From Amoebidium appalachense (taxonomy: Eukaryota; Protista; Ichthyosporea), in the NCBI GenBank assembly GCA_963693365.1, contig CAVNZM010000010.1, positions 4,710,159 to 4,774,158 of the forward strand: a DNA stretch of 64,000 bases, written 5' to 3'. Below the pieces are notes generated by a model. The model was given only the letters and a program-made list of their open reading frames with translations, did no database searches and was not told where the DNA came from. The position numbers and the translations under genes were made by a program. Numbering within the stretch: position 1 is the first letter of the stretch; each line of letters starts with the position of its first letter. This document shows positions 50,078 to 64,000 of this stretch, piece by piece.

Positions 50078-51606
50078 CGGAAAAGTGTGACGGTGGAAAG
50101 AATGAGGTGGGGCATGGAAGGAAGGAGGAGGAAGGTGGTAGATGAAAAGGAGATAGAGGTGGGGGGGAGGGGCGGCGGCAAGCAAGGTAGGAAAGGAAAA
50201 AAGAATGCAGAAAAGCTAGGAGATGGCGCTAGTGGTTTTTGGTAATACGGGGGGGGGGGGGGGGGGGGGTGGTGTGTGTGTGTGTGGGGGGGGGGGGGGA
50301 TGTATGCATTCGAGGGTTGGAAATATGGGGAGGGAGGGGGTGGGGTGGGAGGAGGGGAGAGGGGGGGAGGGGGGGATCTGAACAGGTCAATTCGAGATGG
50401 AGGAGAGGTGGTGTGGGAAGTGTAGTTGTCAGTGCAAAAGCAGAGGTGAAAAGGAACAACACCATGAAAATGAATGGAACAAACACATTTCAAGGGTCAA
50501 ACCAACAAGCGTTATGATGTCTGAATACGTGATGAAACCAACGTGTGTGCGTGTGTGTGTGTGTGTGTTTGTGTGTGTGTAAGTTGTGCATGCGCGTGCG
50601 TATCTGTGTGTGTGTGTGCCTGTGGGTGCGCAGAGCGGTGCATCGGACACACCATGCGAGTTCACATGGATGGGCCATAATCCCCCCCTGGATATGTCGC
50701 CATAATTTCAGTCTGTGTGCAGTGGTGTATAGGTGCAAGCACAAGACACTCCGCCTATTGCGCGTGCCTGTGCACGTTCGTGCACGTTCGTGCCCGTGTG
50801 GTGCCTGTGTATACGTATGTGTGCGTACGTGTGTGCGCGCACGAGCCGGCGCGCACGTGTGTGTGCGCGCCCGCACACGCGCCTGGTTGGGCATTCGGGC
50901 ATGTGTGTGGCTCTGTGCATACCCGTACGTCTAGATCCATGTTGGTGCAGGTGCGCTTTGGTGCCAACGAGTTGCACGAGCTGGGTGTGTGTGTGTGTGT
51001 GTGTGCGTGCGTGTGTGCGGCCGTGGGGGAGGGGGGGGGGGGGGGGGGGAGGAGGGGCATATCCATGATCCACGAATGTGGGATCCGAATGCATGTCGTG
51101 TCTGCGCACACACATGCAAGAAGAGAACAAGGGGTATGTCCACAAAGAAACTTGGAGCGGGTACGTGGCTGTGAGAGAGTGTGTGCGTGTGTGTGTGTGC
51201 ATCTGTGTCTGTGTGTGTGTGTGTGCGGGGGGCAAGGGGGGGGGGGGGGGGGGGAGAAGGGGGCCGGAGAGAGAGAGGATCACTGCACACACCTCAAGGA
51301 CCATGGTGAACACGATGGAGAAACGGCGCAACACAGTGAACATGGGGATGCTGATCTTCTGAGTGCCGCCAAGACCGGTGAGGGTGTTGAGCATAAAGAT
51401 GAATGGCAGTGGGAACACCTTCCAGAATATGTCCCTGTGCAAAATGTACACAGGTGAGAAGGTAGGGAGGGAGGGAGGGAGGGAGGGTGGGTGGGTGGGG
51501 GATGGTGGTGGGGGGGAAGGGGGAGGGAGGGGTGGGGGTTGGGAAGAGGGGGGGGGGGGGGGGGGGAGGGAGAGGTGGGGGGTTAGAGGGACAAGGCGGA
51601 GGTTAG

Positions 51607-51663
<57 letters not shown>

Positions 51664-52347
51664 TGCGTTTGTGTGCTGATGTGGATGGGTGTGTGTCGCT
51701 GTGGTTGCGGGTTAGGTTGGGGCGAGGGGAGAGAAGGGGGATAAGAATGCATATGGGTGTGTGCCTTTGCTCGTCGAGAAAGGTTGAGTAGAGAGGAGGA
51801 GGGAAGGATAGGATTGGGTGGGTGGTCATGTGGTGGTGGTAGGGTGGGGGGGGGGGGGGGGGGGGGGAGGGGAAAGGGGGGGGTGGGGGGAGGGGAGGGG
51901 GACAATGAGAAAGCAAATAGCCCAATAGGTGAAGTAACGCAAAGCCACTCAAACAGCACACGGAAGCCATTACTTGATGTCTTTAAAGCATGATGGGATT
52001 TAAGTATGCAAGAGGGGCAAGAACACACTTTGTGCCTAAGGAGAGAACTGGGGAGGGGGGGGGGGGGGGGGGGGGGGGGAGGGGAGGAGGAGGGGAGGGG
52101 GCGGGAAGGGGGGGGGAGGCTACGTGTACCTGGGATGTGTGCAAATGGTTATGCGTGTGGTTGGACGTGGGTATGTTAATATATGTGTGAGACCTGTGCT
52201 GGTCAAATCTAGGGAAAGAGTGGCTATGAAACACTGTATGTGGATTGATTAATGGTTGTGTAGAATGACTGGCATCGGAGGAGGCGGGGGAGGCTGAGGT
52301 TAGGGAGGATGGCATGGCTATGTGTGCGTGTGCTGTGTGTGTGTGCG

Positions 52348-52399
<52 letters not shown>

Positions 52400-52585
52400 A
52401 TATATGTGTGGAACTTGTGCTGGTCAAATTTAGGGAAAGAGTGGCTATGAAACACTGTATGTGGAATGATAAGGGGTTGTGTAGAATGACTGGCATCGGA
52501 GGACGCGGGGAGGCTGAGGTTAGGGAGGATGGTATGGCTATGTCTGCGTGTGCTGTGTGTGTGTGTGCTGTGTGTGTGTGTGCGC

Positions 52586-52660
<75 letters not shown>

Positions 52661-53149
52661 ACATTTTTACTGATGCCTGTGTGTATATGTGCGTAAGTGC
52701 AAGTGTGACAGGGTGTGACACTGTGTCGTGTGTGTGTGTGTGTGTGTGCGTGCGCGTGTGTGCGAGTGGTTATGTCTGAGAAGGTGTTTTTGTGCGTGCG
52801 TGCGTGCGTGTGTGTGCGTGCGTGCGTGTGCGTGTGCGTGTGTGTACGCATGCTTGTGTGTGTGTGTGTTGGTGTGTTGGTGCATTTGTCCGCGGATGTG
52901 TTGTCTTTGACCATGACACGTGTTGTTTCCAGTCACTTACATGCTCATTCCTGGGAAGCTGATGATCCCAAAGTGGTTGGCAAGCCCAAGGCACACAATA
53001 GTAGCCACAAACTGACTGAGAGCTAGAAAGAGGAAAGAGGGGAAGTGGTATGTTGTCAGGACAAACTTGTTTGCAAACATGATAGCAAACGAACAAAAGG
53101 CATAATTGAGCCCAGCAAGAAACTGCTGCTTGACTGTAACCTCAGGCAT
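47347..53149 (-). CDS. SLC35D: Nucleotide-sugar transporter, SLC35D / fringe-connection family
   Basis: Exons 53149-52941 (YAFCSFAIMFANKFVLTTYHFPS), 51434-51293 (VFPLP..GLGGTQKISIPMFTVLRRFSI), 49318-48903 (GAMVAAYDDLVFD..ELGTYGLMFYNSL..CTKVNSALTTTVIG) and 47550-47347 (CLKNILSTYIGM..GSIYYSY). Phases are consistent. Confidence 0.92.
48471..48865 (-). mobile_element. Second, 5'-truncated copy of the 2576-3169 element
   Basis: Reverse complement of 2768-3162 with a few substitutions. Bounded by poly-G runs (poly-C in element sense) and located in the last intron of the SLC35D gene. Confidence 0.85.
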
Positions 53150-53194
53150 TTTGGCGATGTTTCATGAACCCTATACGGGCTCCCAACTGTCAAA

Positions 53195-53810
53195 TGGTAG
53201 AAGGAACGAACTAATTTGGTAGAAGGAACGAACTAATTTCTTTCAATCTTAGGCTCGCCTTTCCTACTTTTGTCCCACTCAAAACGCTCGCAACATGAAA
53301 GTGACGCCGTGCGCATGGCGATCGGAAAAACCGATTGGTAGGCGATGGATTTTCTGTAAGATGATTGGCGGTAAAGGTATCAAGGGTACGTACCCCGTAC
53401 ACTCATATAGGGGGGAGTAGAAATAAATGCGTTGAAAGTGTTCCCTGTAGGCTGTAGTGTCTAAAATCTCGCTCCTTGGATTTGAAATTTTGTTCTTGCT
53501 TGATAATGGTAATACCCTCAATTTAAGCCTTAGCCTTAAAACTATATAAGAACTGATAAAAAATACTTTCAGTGGAAATTTATTCTGTATTAACAGAAAT
53601 ATCGTCGACTCTTCTCAATGAGTCCACTCCTCATAGGTGTTTGTCACCACGAAGTCATTTGATAATAGGGGTTGCAGAATAAATGCGATCTATAGGGAGT
53701 TTTGTTATCTCAATCCGAAACGTGCGCGCCAATCATTTTTAGCTTCTCCCCGCACAGCAAGCTGCTCTGTTGGCCAATCACAATCATCCGCCCATGATCA
53801 TCATCCCCCG
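53195..53810. promoter_or_regulatory. Putative promoter region upstream of SLC35D
   Basis: Free of microsatellites. CCAAT/ATTGG boxes at ~53334, 53364, 53729 and 53774; GC-box-like CCGCCC at ~53788 and 53807; 22-bp tandem duplication (TGGTAGAAGGAACGAACTAATT) at 53195-53239. Confidence 0.45.
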
Positions 53811-54167
53811 CCCATAAGTAGTAACACGTGCACAACACAAAAAACATGAATTGCCTGTGCAGTGTGCACTGTTTATAGTGTAGTTATGTCGACTCGTCGA
53901 GTGTAGAAATAAACCGTCTCCTCAGCCACTCATGAAATAAGAAAGATTTCATCTGAACCAGATCAAACTCCAATGTCAACATGTAAACAGACAAAAATGA
54001 CCCGAAAACAAATTCGGTCTCAGGCTGAGAGTCACTATCACATGCTTTTTCACAACACACGAGCCTTGTGGTTGCATGTGTTTGTGACAGTTATGCAAAG
54101 GCTATTGCCAGCAAAGTGAAATCTGTTGTTGAATTCCCTTATTGCCACACCCACACACACGCACGTG

Positions 54168-54306
<139 letters not shown>

Positions 54307-54500
54307 CGACACCACACCCACACACAGCCAAAATCGCAGACAGACACACACACGAGCTAAACTCTGCATACACATGTTACACACGCAAAGACAGAATACG
54401 ATAACGTTGCCCAGATCAAAGTTGGTGGATGGCGGAGAGGGAGGGTCCTGGGTCCCGTGGCGGGCAGGTTCCCCCGCCTGGGCAGGTTTCCCCCCCTCAT

Positions 54501-54545
<45 letters not shown>

Positions 54546-54625
54546 ACATGTGCGTGATGTTGGGGGGGGGGGGGGGGGGAGGGGGAGAAAGACAGTAGGA
54601 AGCATAAAGTCCACGGTCCCCCCCC

Positions 54626-54658
<33 letters not shown>

Positions 54659-55320
54659 ACAAAAAAAAACGGCGCCGGCCTGCGCACTTAAAAGAATACT
54701 ATGCTTCACAAAAAGAAAAACAGGCATCAGTGTGGCACACCATGGGCCCATTTAATCTTTATTCATTATATTGGACTGCAAAAAATTAGCAAATCAATAA
54801 TGACATATTTTCACAAAAAATTCATTCACTGCAACAACAACCATCATCTCGTGGTATCTATTTATTTGAAGCCGCATCTCCCAACTCTGCTACATGTAAG
54901 GCTTGCATACACATTTACTTGTACAGTATGTCATGCGAAGGAAAAGATCCTAGGGAGTCACCTTAAACTAATCAAACAAAAACACCCCCAAAACAACAAC
55001 CCTCACACACGTGTTTAAAGCTCATCCCTATTCCAGCTGCATCGATGCCGTCATTTTTTTTAGTGATTTACTTTTCACATCCATTCATCGACAGGGATAC
55101 TACACATATAGAGAAGAAGAAACGACATCAACCAAAAAAAAAAAAAAAAAAAAAAAAAAACGGGGGGGGGGGGGGGGGGAGAAGAAAGGGTACGAGAGGG
55201 CAAGAAAGGGAGGGGGAACAGTGGGGTTTTAATGGCACAAGGGAGGCAGGGGGGGGGGAAGGGGGGGCGGGGGGGGGGGGGGGGGGGGGGGCTGTTAAAG
55301 GAGATGGGAAGGGGGAGTTA

Positions 55321-63357
<8,037 letters not shown>

Positions 63358-64000
63358 TTCGTCCCTTTAGAACCCAAAACCAAACAAAGAGGAGAGAAAA
63401 CCCCAAAAAATACTCAATAGTGACTCTGCTGGGCACCTGCAGGCCAGCTCACGGCGGCTGCCGGATCTGCTTCGGAATGCATTTATTGAAGATATTTTCC
63501 AATAAAAGCCTTCCGATGATAACCGTAAAAAGCTATTGCCTCAAAAGAGCGGTGCCATTAATGTACACGTGCTTGTGCTTCGTTTTGAAGACACTCATTC
63601 TCCACAAGTGTTGTATCCTATACGACGTATCAGTGAGAAGGTTTTTACTTAGCATGGTGCTTGATGCTTCCCGCTTACAGCTAGTTACGTCCACACCCCA
63701 ACCATATGCTCGTTTATGCGCATTTTGATGACTCATTGCAGAAAGATACTATAACAGTTTAAATTTAGTTCTGAGACTCTGCCAACACAGCTGAAACGGT
63801 GATCCTACCCAAGAAATAGAAAATGGAGCCGAAAATTAGGAAGATTCCCTTGGCCGACAGGATAGCGGCACTGTCTACCCCGACTCCCTTAGCTGGTGAG
63901 TCTACCGTGCAAAGTCTCTTCAGCTCTGTTCAAAGCGCTACCCTCCTCTCCCCTCCCCCCCTCTCTCCCCCCCTCCCCTCTTCATACCCGTCACCCACCC

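Noticed and set aside
63724-63796. Box C/D snoRNA (TGATGA..CTGA..CTGA)
   Set aside because: No C' box, a weak terminal stem and no recognisable rRNA guide.

Overview
Eukaryotic genomic DNA that is intron-rich and saturated with poly-C/poly-G runs and (GT)n/(GA)n microsatellites, so most ORF-track entries are artefacts. A prephenate dehydratase gene argues for a non-animal host; a unicellular holozoan or other protist is my inference only. Read by hand, the window holds: (1) a multi-exon LIM + coiled-coil + RapGAP gene (+, 44-17872); (2) a full-length, very young Ty1/copia LTR retrotransposon (22613-28490) with apparently identical 765-bp LTRs, inserted in a poly-C run; (3) disabled exons of an ABCG-type transporter (-, ~29650-36570, with a duplicated exon near 41.9 kb); (4) an intronless secreted Cys-rich orphan (-, 37693-38325); (5) an intronless DUF488 gene (+, 44832-45491) followed by a degenerate tandem array derived from its own 3' end; (6) an SLC35D-type nucleotide-sugar transporter (-, 47347-53149); (7) a 9-exon prephenate dehydratase (-, 55321-63357). 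The most intriguing unexplained signal is a ~450-bp non-coding, hairpin-rich element found at two loci (2576-3169 as a partial tandem; 48471-48865). Its fixed 3' end is always fused to poly-C and its 5' ends vary, as expected for a poly(C)-targeting non-autonomous Penelope-like/retrozyme-like element. All gene models are manual and unverified.
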